From Callorhinchus milii (lineage: Eukaryota): a DNA stretch of 64,000 nucleotides. The translations under genes and the position numbers were made by a program. The notes beneath the pieces are model-generated. The model did not search any database. It worked only from the letters and a program-made list of their open reading frames with translations, and was not told where the DNA came from. The DNA is taken from positions 121,026,001-121,090,000 of the forward strand of contig NW_024704742.1 in the NCBI RefSeq assembly GCF_018977255.1, in the 5' to 3' direction. Below are positions 39,142 through 50,290 of the stretch, piece by piece; position 1 is the first letter of the stretch, and every line of letters starts with the position of its first letter.

Positions 39142-41238
39142 CTGTAAAACAACAAGAGTCAATTGCTACAAAACGCAATTGGGACCCTATTTAGCAAAGT
39201 TCCATGTGCCACTTGTTGAAATCGCCATTTTCTTCAGCAACATAAAATAGTCACAAAATTCTTACAAAATCATTAAGCATCCCTCCACCGCACTGTCACA
39301 AACTTTTGAAAAATACATTAATGTTAACAAAGATAGCCTTTGAAGTACAGTATAATTCAAGCACAGTAATGAAACGTCTGCAAATTGAACACAATGTTTT
39401 CACATGCAACTATTTTTATATAAGAAGCGACTTAATAATCTTCCATCTTTAACTTGATAGATCCAAAGAGGAAAATATGTCGACAGGAACAAAAGTCAGA
39501 CAAATTTTCAGCAGAAATGAAAACTACAAAATGGGCTGCCAAGGCCCTCTCCCCCTCCCCCGCTTGATAGTTGTGAGGTTAGACTCCACCACTGTCAAGC
39601 GCTCCGGGACGCTGTCCTGCGTGAAGGCACTGTATAAATGCAAGCTGTTGTTGTTTACAGCAGTCAGAACTCCACACGAATATAATAATTCAATAGCTGT
39701 AGTAGAACTGAGTCATTCAAAAATTTAAAACTGCAAAGCAGCTAACAATTTTGTGGCAAAAAACACAAACTCAAAAATCCTAAAATTAAACACCATATTT
39801 CAACAAATGCATCTGCTGAAAATGTGTCTAAATACTGTAATACAACTACATGATTGCATGAAACTGTATAAAACTGCAAGTTTTAATACTGTTCTTATTA
39901 CTACAGGAAACATGGTAAAAAAGACAAGAAACCTTGACCTGAAATGAGCAGTTGCTCACTGCCTACATAACAGTTGTTATTGGGGAGTGACAACCCATCC
40001 AGACTTCACAATTGCATTAAAGGAAATACTGTGACTCATAGTGTTCAAAACAGAGTATCTGAGATTAAAGAACTTAACTCACGTCTGTCTCTACACAAAA
40101 TTGCAGGAATTAAATAACAGATTAATAACCTTGCACTTGAACATCGTTGGATTGCCTAAAGGATCATAGAAGACCTATACTACATCACTATCAAGAAATT
40201 CTGCCACATTCACCATTCTCCTTCCAAAGAATAGAAAAGGTTTTATGATCCAACACAGGTCCAAAGAATCCCATCGTCTTTTTATCTTTAGGATATTATG
40301 TTTTGCAAAACAGAAGCTGCAAAGGAGACCAAGATAAAGAAATTGACTGGGAGCTGATGTTTGAGAACTGAAGCATTTTCTGCCATATCATCCGAGTCTT
40401 ACTTAAAAAGGCACTGTTTGGTCAAGTTAAGCTGCTTTAATAAAGAGGCTTTTTGAGGTTATTCTCAAGTACTACCAGACACAAGGATGAAATTTGGCCA
40501 CTTTGGAGTTGGAGGTCGGAAGGGAATGGAAACTGCCTTCTTTTCGAACAGTGCCATAGGATCTTTTAACATCTACCTGAGCAGGTGGTGGGACCTCGGT
40601 GTAACGTCTCATCTGAAGGATGGCACTCTCGAAAATGCAGTATTCTCACATCTCCTTAAGTGTCATTGTGTTTTCTGTGTGGATGGAGGTAAGAATGCAA
40701 GCCTAGTTCAGTTAGTACACTCTCGCCTGTGGGTTCAAATTCCTCATTGGGACCTAGTCCAGCCTGACAGTCCAGAAGAGAGTGCTGCATTTTCGAGAGT
40801 GCCATTAGGTGTTGAAATTTAGTACTTAGTAAATATCTTGTCCAAGAAAGGCAGCACGCACATCATCGCAAACCCACCATGGCATAGGTTCTTTGGGGAT
40901 ACTGAAGAGATAAGCTTTTGAAAAGTAAATTTTAAATATATGTATATCCAGTATTTGATAAATATTAACATGCTATATGCATCGAACTAAAAGAGAAAAA
41001 AAAAATTCCCCTGGAAAAAATCCAAAGCTACCAGATGTCACATTCGTCGTTGTTTTAAAAAGCACATTTGCAATTAAAAAACAATAATATTCATTCTTCA
41101 GATCTCTGTAGAACAAAAACCTCATGTATCTGCATGGTACCAGCATTTTCACAACTTACCTTCCCAAATGAAATATGATCATATAAAACATCAAATTATT
41201 AAAATCTTAAACTTTGTACTTCATCTACATATGTAAAT

Positions 41239-42070
41239 GGAGTCCTGTAGTTTAGCGGTCAGAGCACTCGCCTCGAAGGCAAGAGGATCTGGGTTCGATT
41301 CCCAGCAGGGTGAAATGTTGGGCAAGTTTTCTTACTCCACTCGCCTGTTTGCCTAGCAGTAAGTAGGAACCAAGTTGTTAGTCGGTTGGCGGATCTCTTT
41401 TCCGGGGGTAATAATTTGTTCAAAAAAATAATAGTAAATTATTATTTTCAATCCACGACTGTTTGTCCACTTCAATCCACGACTGTTTGTAGGACACTGC
41501 TGTGTGCAATTGACTGCGCATTTTGCCCACAAAATATATGGTCAATTCACTTTACAGTATATTCTGTGAAGTGCTTTGAGATGTCTCGAAGATGTGATAA
41601 GGTTTATTATTATTAAATGCAGCAAGATTTACAACCATTTCACATTTTATTTGGAGGACTGACTCCCTGATTTACAGCCATCCATTAGAAGAGCTTGTTT
41701 TCTGCTAGGTTGTCGTGCGACTACACCACATCTCCAAAGCAAGAGGACCTGGGTTCAATTCCCAGGCAGGGTGAAACGTTGGGTAAGTTTCTCTACTCCA
41801 CACGCCTCGGTTTACCTAGCAGTAAGTAGGAACCCAGTTGTTACTCAATTGGCAGATCCTTTTCTGGGGGTAATAATCCCTCATAAAATAAAAATAATAA
41901 TTTGGTCACTCAATCCACAACTGTGGAACACTGCTGTGCACAATTGGCTGCTGGTTTCACCCATAAAATATATAGTCAATTCATTTTACAGTATATTCTG
42001 TGAAGCGCTTTGATACGTCTCGAAGACATGATAAGGCGCTATATCAAATGCAAGGATTTTTTTGTATTAT
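41239..42070 (+). mobile_element. Two tandem tRNA-SINE copies, long subfamily (41239-41615; about 41735-42070)
   Basis: Same head, core and tail, plus an extra segment ctgtttacctagcagtaagtaggaacc..ggatc. Confidence 0.88.
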
Positions 42071-42930
42071 CTAAAAATGCTAGCTGGACTGACAGATTGC
42101 ATGTACAGAGAATTTTAGAATATTCAGGTTATCTATTTGTGAAAGGTTTCTGATAACTGGAATAAACAACTTAGGGTCATAACTGCACATAAATACAAAC
42201 AAATACTACAAAATTTGCAAATCAATTGCAACTTTATCATTCCCTCCTTTACAGAAGGATACAAAGTCTGCAACAGCTACAAAGTGCCTCGAATAACAAT
42301 AGATAAAAGTTTCAGGCAAAGTAATAAAGTGGTTGTTCAAAGTGATATCATGGTTCATTATGCAAGAACCTTGTATCCTTCTGAGCTTTTTGCTACATTT
42401 AACCAGCTCATATAGTTGCAAACTATACCTCAAACACGTAAAATGTTCATTCCAAAGCTGGAGTCATGCGGCAAGTTTAGTCATTTGCACATTAGACCTT
42501 GTTAAAATCACAGCTTTAATCAACACATTTCAGCTGTCTACAGTCATTAGTCCCTTCACGGTGCTGTTGGTAACTTAACTAAAATCTCTAAGGCCCATGC
42601 TGCCTTATTATTGCAGTCTTGCTCTACTAACTGCTGAAGGACTGCTTTGGAATAAGTAGGCACAGAAGAGTTTTCTAATTAAAATAGGATATAGCAAAAT
42701 TATAGTAAAATAATTACAAATTCATAAATTGTAACGTAAGCCACAGAACCATGGCTAGCATTTTTAATTTTTTTTATTATAAAAGTTTATTATTATATAA
42801 TTTTACAGCCCTTTGAATTCATGGATTCCTCCTACATCAGGACAATTATACCAGTTTTTGCCTGCGATACCACACGTGGGTGCTTCCCGATCTCAGCCTG
42901 TCATCAGCTACAAAAGAATGAAGTACTCAC

Positions 42931-43031
42931 TGTGGAGATATACGCCTCCAGTAGCGATCAATTCCATTTTTGAAGTATAAAACAGCCAACCATCGTACAT
43001 TTACATCTAGTGTGTGATTAGTGAAGATATT
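42931..43031 (-). CDS. IPO11: Importin-11, coding exon 2
   Basis: NIFTNHTLDVNVRWLAVLYFKNGIDRYWRRISP(H); gacag acceptor, GTGAGT donor; 101 nt. Not in the ORF track; read manually. Confidence 0.97.
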
Positions 43032-44171
43032 CTGTCAAGAAAAGCAAATTAAGAAATACAAGTTTTTAATCTACTTGGTTACTTTTTGCTGATCTTGAAA
43101 TCAGCCCAAATATTTCCACACAGAAATCCAACGTAAAACAGCACAATTTTCACAGTACAGTTTGACAAGATTTCTTAATTTATGAATCTCAACACAGACA
43201 GAACCCAGGACCCATAATTGGGAACTACGAAACTATTTCACAAACCATTTGTGACTTGTATCCGATAAATGATTTTCTATTTCACACCCTGGCTCCAAGA
43301 ATGAAAAGTCAGAATAAAAATCAATCGTAAAAAGCACAAATTGTTCTTCTAGTTAGTAAAAGCTCCAGAAATCAGCATCACTTAAGGATTCCTCCTTCAA
43401 TGTGAACCACTACTGCCATCTAGGTACAGTGAAAATATTTCATACAGCTCTTATTCGACGAGAATAATTTTGTTTATGACCTGCAACCTTCTATTTGGGA
43501 TCTCTTTTCTCTGCAGCAAGCTGCTTCACTGACCAGAACCATCAGTGAGCAGAACCTGATTATATATTCTGGATCATGATCAGGAGGCTACTGAATCAGA
43601 AAAGCTTGGTACTGGCCGAGTGCACAGTTCTGAATCTTGCCAGCCTGAACACCATCTGACCAGTAACCATGATACGGCCAGATGGCAATTATGAGATTGC
43701 TGCTCTTTAGCAGCTATTATTACCAATTTCAGCTAAACATCTGCCTGCATAAGGGAAAGACCCCAAACTGCCGATCTTCAAGAGATAAGGCAATAAATAG
43801 CACAAATACATACCAGGATACAAAAGATTATTTTTAGACAGTATCCATTTGCAATCGTATTCCTTCTCCTTCTCAGATTTCAAATAAATATCACCGACCA
43901 TTAATGGGGTGACCCTCTTGCGCTCAGACGTATCTATATTTTCATAATTCCAAACATTTAAGGCTATCAGTTGGAAGCACTCTCACCCAAGTTAGAATGC
44001 TGTGTTTAAAGCCCACACCGCAACCTGAACTAATAGTCTGGGCTTCAGTTGCTCTCAGTGAGAATCAGCGGTTATAAGCTATGTCTCTCCATTTGTGAAG
44101 AAGATGGAATTTTCATAAGAATTGGTAGGTATGAATATGACATGCCTGAGTGACTAGATTAGTCCACAGAT

Positions 44172-44438
44172 GTGTCCCGTAGCTCAGTGGTTAGAGCACT
44201 CGCCTCGCAAGCGAAGAGACCTGGGTTCAATTCTCGGCAGTTCCCTTACTCAAACAAAACACAATAAAAATGTGGTCACTCAATCCACAAGTGTTTGTGG
44301 GACACTGCTGTGCGCAGTTGGCTGCCGAATCTCGCCTACAAATATACAGTCAATTCACTTTACAGTATATTCTGTGAAGCGCTTTGAGACATCTCGAAGA
44401 TGTGAAAAGCGCGATATCAAATGCAAGGATTATTTATT
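44172..44438 (+). mobile_element. tRNA-SINE copy
   Basis: tRNA head (CGC anticodon-like loop), core and tail; central deletion. Confidence 0.88.
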
Positions 44439-44764
44439 TTTCCTGGAAGGAATGCCCCAAAATAAGTCTATGTAGGTCAGCATAATGTAATTGTCACTCA
44501 TATTTTATCTTTAAAGTTTCTCCGAAGAATTTTTAAATGCTTATTTGACTGCTGTGGGGGTGATCTCTTAACCAACCCTTTTACAGACAATAGGAATTGC
44601 CTTTTAGAAAAATATCAACTTATTTTGAAAAAAAACTGGGATAAAAATACCTCTGCTAAGAGAATGAAAATGCAAGTTTTTGTAATTTAGAATTATTTCC
44701 ATGATTCTCTCACACTGAATGTAGTGCAATTGCTCACTGTCCAGAATGAAAGGAAACCCACATT

Positions 44765-44908
44765 GAATACAAAACGCAAAATACTGCAGGTGTTGGAAAT
44801 CTGAAAACAAAAACAGAAGTCACTGGGAACACTCAGCAGGTCAGGCAGCATCTATGGAGAAAGGAAAGTGAGTCAACGTTTTGGGCCCATGACCCTTTGT
44901 CAGACCCT
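44765..44908 (-). mobile_element. Penelope-like terminal-repeat remnant with decayed hammerhead motif
   Basis: Minus strand reads CTGACAA-agggtc-atg-ggccc-AAAA-cgtt, followed by 'gatgctgcctgacctgctgag...ttctg', the layout I recognise from Penelope-like pseudo-LTRs in chondrichthyans. Confidence 0.65.
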
Positions 44909-45749
44909 GTAATGCTCAGTAAAATATTTATTCTTAAAAGTTCTGCATTTTGAACAATTAATGTCCACTGAGAATTTTTGTTAATACAGTGAGAATAGGA
45001 AGAACGTTTTCACACAGAGTGGGAAGGTGAAATTCTCTGCCAGAATCATTTGTTGGAGCAGCAACAATGTGCACATTCAAACAAAGATTGAACACGTGGT
45101 TAAGAGAATATCGTTGAGAGATATGGGGAAAAGGCTCGGATGTAGGACTAGGGATAGGATCCAGGATAGCACTTGCGTGGAACATAACAGCAGCCAGACT
45201 GCATGGGCCTGTTCCTGAGCTGTACATTCTATCTATTCTAATTCAGCAGCAATAATAATAATAATCTTGCATTTGATATAGCGCCTTATCACATCTTTGA
45301 GAATATATAAATACAAATCATGGTTTTATTTGTCATATAGTTTGGTGTGTGGTGCTGCTTTTGTTTTATTCAAATACTATAAACTATCTTTTACTTGCCA
45401 TTATCAAAGGCTGGTAAGTGAAGAAACAAAATAAGCTAATACAAAACGTTTTTAAAAAAAAATTAGTTAAAGTTTCACTTTGCAGAAAATCTGTTGAATT
45501 TAGGGAGGAAAACTCCAAAGCTAATATTTGGGCACTTAAACAGTCAAATTTAAGATGCTCAAATTTAATCTCCAAATTTCAAGGACAGTCAGAACAGCAA
45601 TGAGTGTCAATAGAAAAGGAGACAGAATAGATTCTTCCAATGAGTCCGCCTTAACACTGCAAATGGGCTGACTAATGATTCTTTTCCATGGATTTGGTCC
45701 TAGTAACAACAACTTGAATTTACATAGGCGCCCTTCACGTTAGGGTAGC

Positions 45750-45801
45750 ATCTCAAGGCTCTCATCTCAAGGCTCTTCATCTCAAGGCTCTTCATCTCAA
45801 G
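45750..45801. repeat. 15-bp tandem repeat (atctcaaggctcttc) about x3.5
   Basis: Direct repeats at the end of a tail-only retroposon. Confidence 0.9.
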
Positions 45802-45980
45802 ATGAAGGACTTGGAACTGTAAGGAACATGACAGGACTTCCTCTTCTATATACTGTGGGTGGTATTGGGACAACAATGACAGCAGTTCCCCAATATGAAG
45901 GCTCTCCCCACGCCATTCCCACACAAGAATTCTTAAATGCAAATAATCTAGTGTGAGCGTTCACATCACCACAACAAAGT

Positions 45981-46301
45981 GGAGTCCTGTAGCTCAGTGG
46001 TTAGAGCACTCGCTTTGCAAGTGAGAGACCCGAGTTCAATTCCAGGCAGAGCAAAACCTTGGGCAAGTTTCCTTACTCCACACACCTAATAATAATCCCA
46101 CCAAAAAACAAAACAATAATAAATTGGTCATTTTCAATCTACGACTGTTTGTGGGACACTGCTGTGCGCAATTGGCTGCCGCGTTCACCCACAAATATAC
46201 AGTCAATTCACTTTACAGTATATTCTGTGAAGCGCTTTGGGACGCCTAGAAGACGTGAAAAGCGTTATATCAAATGCAAGGATTATTATTATTATTATTA
46301 T
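45981..46301 (+). mobile_element. Same tRNA-SINE, short subfamily
   Basis: Near-identical to 48539-48855. Confidence 0.92.
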
Positions 46302-46748
46302 ATAAATGGTCCTATAGAATGTTAAGGTGCTGGCACATCAGAAGCTGTCCTGGGAAGTTCCTCCCACTAACCTGAAGGCAGATGGCTGTCAAATAGCTGA
46401 TGAGGAACCTGAGGCTTGGGACCTGCTGCTGGAAGGTGTTACCTGGAGTCTGGATTTGTGGACACCCATTCACAAATCCAGGGTTTAGTAACCACCTTGA
46501 TTGGGATGCCAAGAGGTTGGCAGCTGCTGTTTATGCTGGTCCAACGTGGAAGCATCACTCCAATGGGTATGGATCTATGTCTAAATTGAGGTGCAGGAGT
46601 TGGCGGGGGGGAGCTCTGCAGGTCTCCTTGGAGCGGACTTGCCAGTTTTAACTGGTTTGATTCCAGCAGAACCCCAACGCACACTCTTTCCTCTCGTTAA
46701 ACTGCATCTAATAATCTCTGTAATGAGGGGAGTATGATGTGTCCTGCT

Positions 46749-47061
46749 ACAACAACAAGAAGATTTCATTTACAGAGCACCTTTCACGTCGGGAGGACGT
46801 CCCAAAGCGCTGGACAATTGGGTTGGGACCCGAGCAGGAGGGAAATGGTGAGGGGAGAGAAGGGAGGGAGCGAGGAGGGGGTAGAGAGTCGAGAGGGGGG
46901 CTGAAGGCACGGTCGAAGAGAAAGGTCTTGAGACTGGCCTTGAAGGAGGAAAGGGAGGAGGCGGCGAAGGCACTGGGGGATGGAGTTCCAGAGCCTAGGG
47001 GCTGAGAAGCTGAAGGCCCGGCCACCGATAGTAGGGCGGCTGGGGCGGGGGATGTGGAGCA
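46749..47061 (-). mobile_element. Young L2 3' end (about 310 bp)
   Basis: Near-identical reverse complement of 8836-9195 and 33740-34107, including the tail. Confidence 0.92.
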
Positions 47062-48538
47062 TGGGATGCTAGGGAGAGAGTGCACACTGTATTCCAGATA
47101 CAGGGAAATTTCCATGTGTAGGTGGCTTACAATACGGGAAATTGTCAATGCTCTGAGATGCTATCCTGCATAAATGGCGCAATATAAATGTAAGTTGTTG
47201 TCAATGTGGTTTGGATGGGATTCTGTGGATTGTCATCCAGCTGACCAAGCAACCAATAAAAAGCAGTGCCATTCTTCCTGATCCATTCTTGTATGAGCAT
47301 AGAGTTGGTATTGGGAAGACAATACAGTAGAGAAAACTACCCTGAATACATATTCCAAATTTTAATCTCAGATAGTGATCCATTCAGGAATTCACTGACT
47401 AGTTGGAATATTTATGTGTAACATTGGCTTGCTTTTCCAGATACAGTCATATGAGCAATGAGTTTTGTTGGGAATGCAAATACTTCTCAAATGCCTGCAG
47501 TAATTCACGGTGTGATGTCTGAGCGGCTTCTTTAATGCAATCAATAACACTGAGCAGGCAAGCCCTGGGACAAGCAAACTTCCTGCCTTCAGATTAGATG
47601 GTAGCATCTGCAGAGATGGCGGATTTACTGAAGACTCTTGCTTCAAAGAGAAGCACCATTGCCTGCAGAAGCCCAGCCTACTGCTCTCTGCCAGCCATCC
47701 ACAGTGCCTAGTACAGAGACTGTGAATTCATCTACAATCTTTAACATTTAGTGTTATTCTGGCTAAAAAAATGTAAACCCAGAACTTTCATTGTTTCCCG
47801 ACTAGTACAGAGCTGTGAGTCTCCGGGACACATATAGGATTCAGGCACTGGCTGCAGAAACCATTGTAATTCTCGAATGAGGTTTAGCAGCAGCATATTT
47901 TTGAGCCTTCACAACCTGAGCTCCTTGCAATATTGAGTGCAAATTGTCTAATTTTGCCCAGTTAATAATTTGATCACTGGTCCGTGAGGACAAAACAGAT
48001 CATTCAGTAAACCTGTGCGTTGCAGGTGATGTGGTAGTAATGAGAACAGGAGCCAAACTATCCATAAGGAGCCACACTGAACCCCAGGAGCCAGTTGGAG
48101 GGAATGGTCTATCTCTCTGAAGTTTAACCTTGAGTGAACTTAATGGTGAAACCGTTCAATGCATTTTAATTGCAATCCCGAGGATCTGTTATTCATACAA
48201 CTGTGGCAATAACCTCCTCATTCAGCTGTTCTTGTAGTGGGTTACCAGAAGGAAAGGAAATACATTCTTAAATATCTTTGATGCTAAAACACAATCTCTG
48301 GACTTTTCTATAAAGTCAAACTTGTAATACTGGATTTCCTTTCTCTTTCTCATAAACTAGCCTTTTCTTTGCTCATGGCTGCCCCTGGGATCCCGATCTG
48401 TACAATACTGGTTTTGTTCTCTTAAACATGCGCTTCCCACTGGCCACAGTTCAGTTCCACTTTTCATTTCTGTAATAAACTGGGGACTGGGAGATCAGAA
48501 TAGGTTTAAAACACAGACTTGTTGCACAGAGGGAACAT

Positions 48539-48855
48539 GGAGTCCTGTAGCTCAGTGGTTAGAGCACTCGCTTTGCAAGCGAGAGACCTGAGTTCAATTC
48601 CAGGCAGGGCGAAACCTTGGGCAAGTTTCCTTACTCCACACACCTAATAATAATCCCTCCAAAAAAACAAAAACAATAATAAATTGGTCATTTTCAATCT
48701 ACGACTGTTTGTGGGACATTGCAGTGTGCAATTGGCTGCCGCGTTCGCCCACAAATATACAGTCAATTCACTTTACAGTGTGTTCTGTGAAGCGCTTTGG
48801 GACGTCCTCCCGACGTGAAAAGCGCTTTATCAAATGCAAGGATTATTATTATTAT
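48539..48855 (+). mobile_element. tRNA(Ala)-derived SINE with Deu-like core and L2-type tail (short subfamily)
   Basis: A box tagctcagtgg, B box gttcaattcc, anticodon arm ctcgc-tt-TGC-aa-gcgag; core ctgtttgtgggac..gcaattggctgccgcgtt; (ATT)n tail. Confidence 0.92.
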
Positions 48856-50067
48856 AACAGATAATATTAGGGACATGATACCAAAGGAGTGATCGCTAGT
48901 CCTAGATTGTGCACAGGATCAGAATGCTCAGGAAATCAGGACATGAGGAAAACAGGACTGTCAGGGGACAACAGCTGGATGAGTACAGATTATACAAAAA
49001 TATTTGCCTAAAAATTATAAATAGTCACTATACTTTACAGCAAATCTCTTGAAGAGCATAGTACTTTCCTGACATGAAGAGCACTTTATCAGAGGCAACA
49101 ATTATTACTATTCTATGCTAATTGTACTTAAGATCACATATGGGGAGGGGGAATCAAATATGAAGTGATTTACAGTTGACTGAGATGTCTCCTATCCATC
49201 CATAGATGTTAAGAGAATTAAAGCAGAGAATCCTATGGTTGAAATGGATGAAGATGAAATGACCAGAGCAATATGGCCCCTCATCAATGAAAAGGAACAA
49301 TTGTCACATGCTGAACTCAAATGCACAGAAATATTCTGTGTTTTGTTACATTCATAGTGGAGATTCATCTTGAGAGCAGAAATGAAAGGACATAGGTACG
49401 AGGAGAGGCGAGAGAGGTTGGGACATTTCCAATTGGAGTATTGCATGAGTGCGTCAGCCTGGCTGAGTTGATAGCACTCTTGCTTCTGAGTCAGAAGGTT
49501 GTAGGTTTACATTGGGACTTCGAATCATGTAGTCTAGGCTGACACTTCAGTGCTGTGCTGTTAGAGGTGCCTTCCTTCTGTTGAGATATTAAACAGAGTC
49601 CCTTATGTATGTTCAGGTGAATGTTAAGGATCCCATGGCTGTTTGTGGGACACTGCTGAGTGCAAATTGGCTGCCATGTTCGCCTGCAAAATACATAGTA
49701 CTACATATAGAGTATATCCCATATGCGCTTAAGCATAGTGATGGGTTTCCACATCAGACATCCGGCTGACCAAAAAAAACCCACCTCAGATCCAAATCCT
49801 TGACCATGCTCCTGACATGTAGGTGCTATATCAAAAGCAAGGATTATTACTTATTGTGGTGTTTATGCTTTACTGAAATGCAGGCATTTACTCTCTAACA
49901 ATCTCCTCATGATTAAAATTCCTAAAGATGCTGATTGCAGTTTTCCAGCTGAATTAATTTTTAAATGGAAAATCACACAGAAAGTAAACCTATACCTAAA
50001 AAAAAATTAAAAATGAGAAGAGCAGAATTCAGTATTTCTCTTTCTCCTTCGACGACAATTTAATTTA

Positions 50068-50290
50068 CCCAGAGTTATTTCAGTTTGGAATGCACTGCCT
50101 GAAAGGGTGGTGGAAACAGATTTGATAATAGCTTTCAAAAGGGAATTAGACAGATACTTAAACAGGAAGAATTTGCAGGGTTTTGGGGTAAGAGCAGGGG
50201 CGTGGGACTAGTTGGTAGCTCTTTCAAAGACCTGGCACAGGAACGATGGGCCAAATAGCCTCCTTCTGTGCTGTAAAATTCTATGATTTC
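50068..50290 (+). mobile_element. CR1 3' end
   Basis: Homologous to 16130-16344, with the same tail. Confidence 0.85.

Noticed and set aside
42837..42907. C/D box snoRNA (TGATGA..CTGA on the minus strand)
   Set aside because: No terminal stem, only about 25 nt from the 5' splice site, and no recognisable guide.
46320..46740. Processed pseudogene or coding remnant (GC-richer stretch with several ORFs)
   Set aside because: No recognisable protein similarity in any frame by eye; BLASTX would be needed.
48539..48612. tRNA-Ala(TGC) gene
   Set aside because: It has A/B boxes and an anticodon arm but no proper acceptor stem, and it continues into the SINE body in every copy. It is a SINE head.
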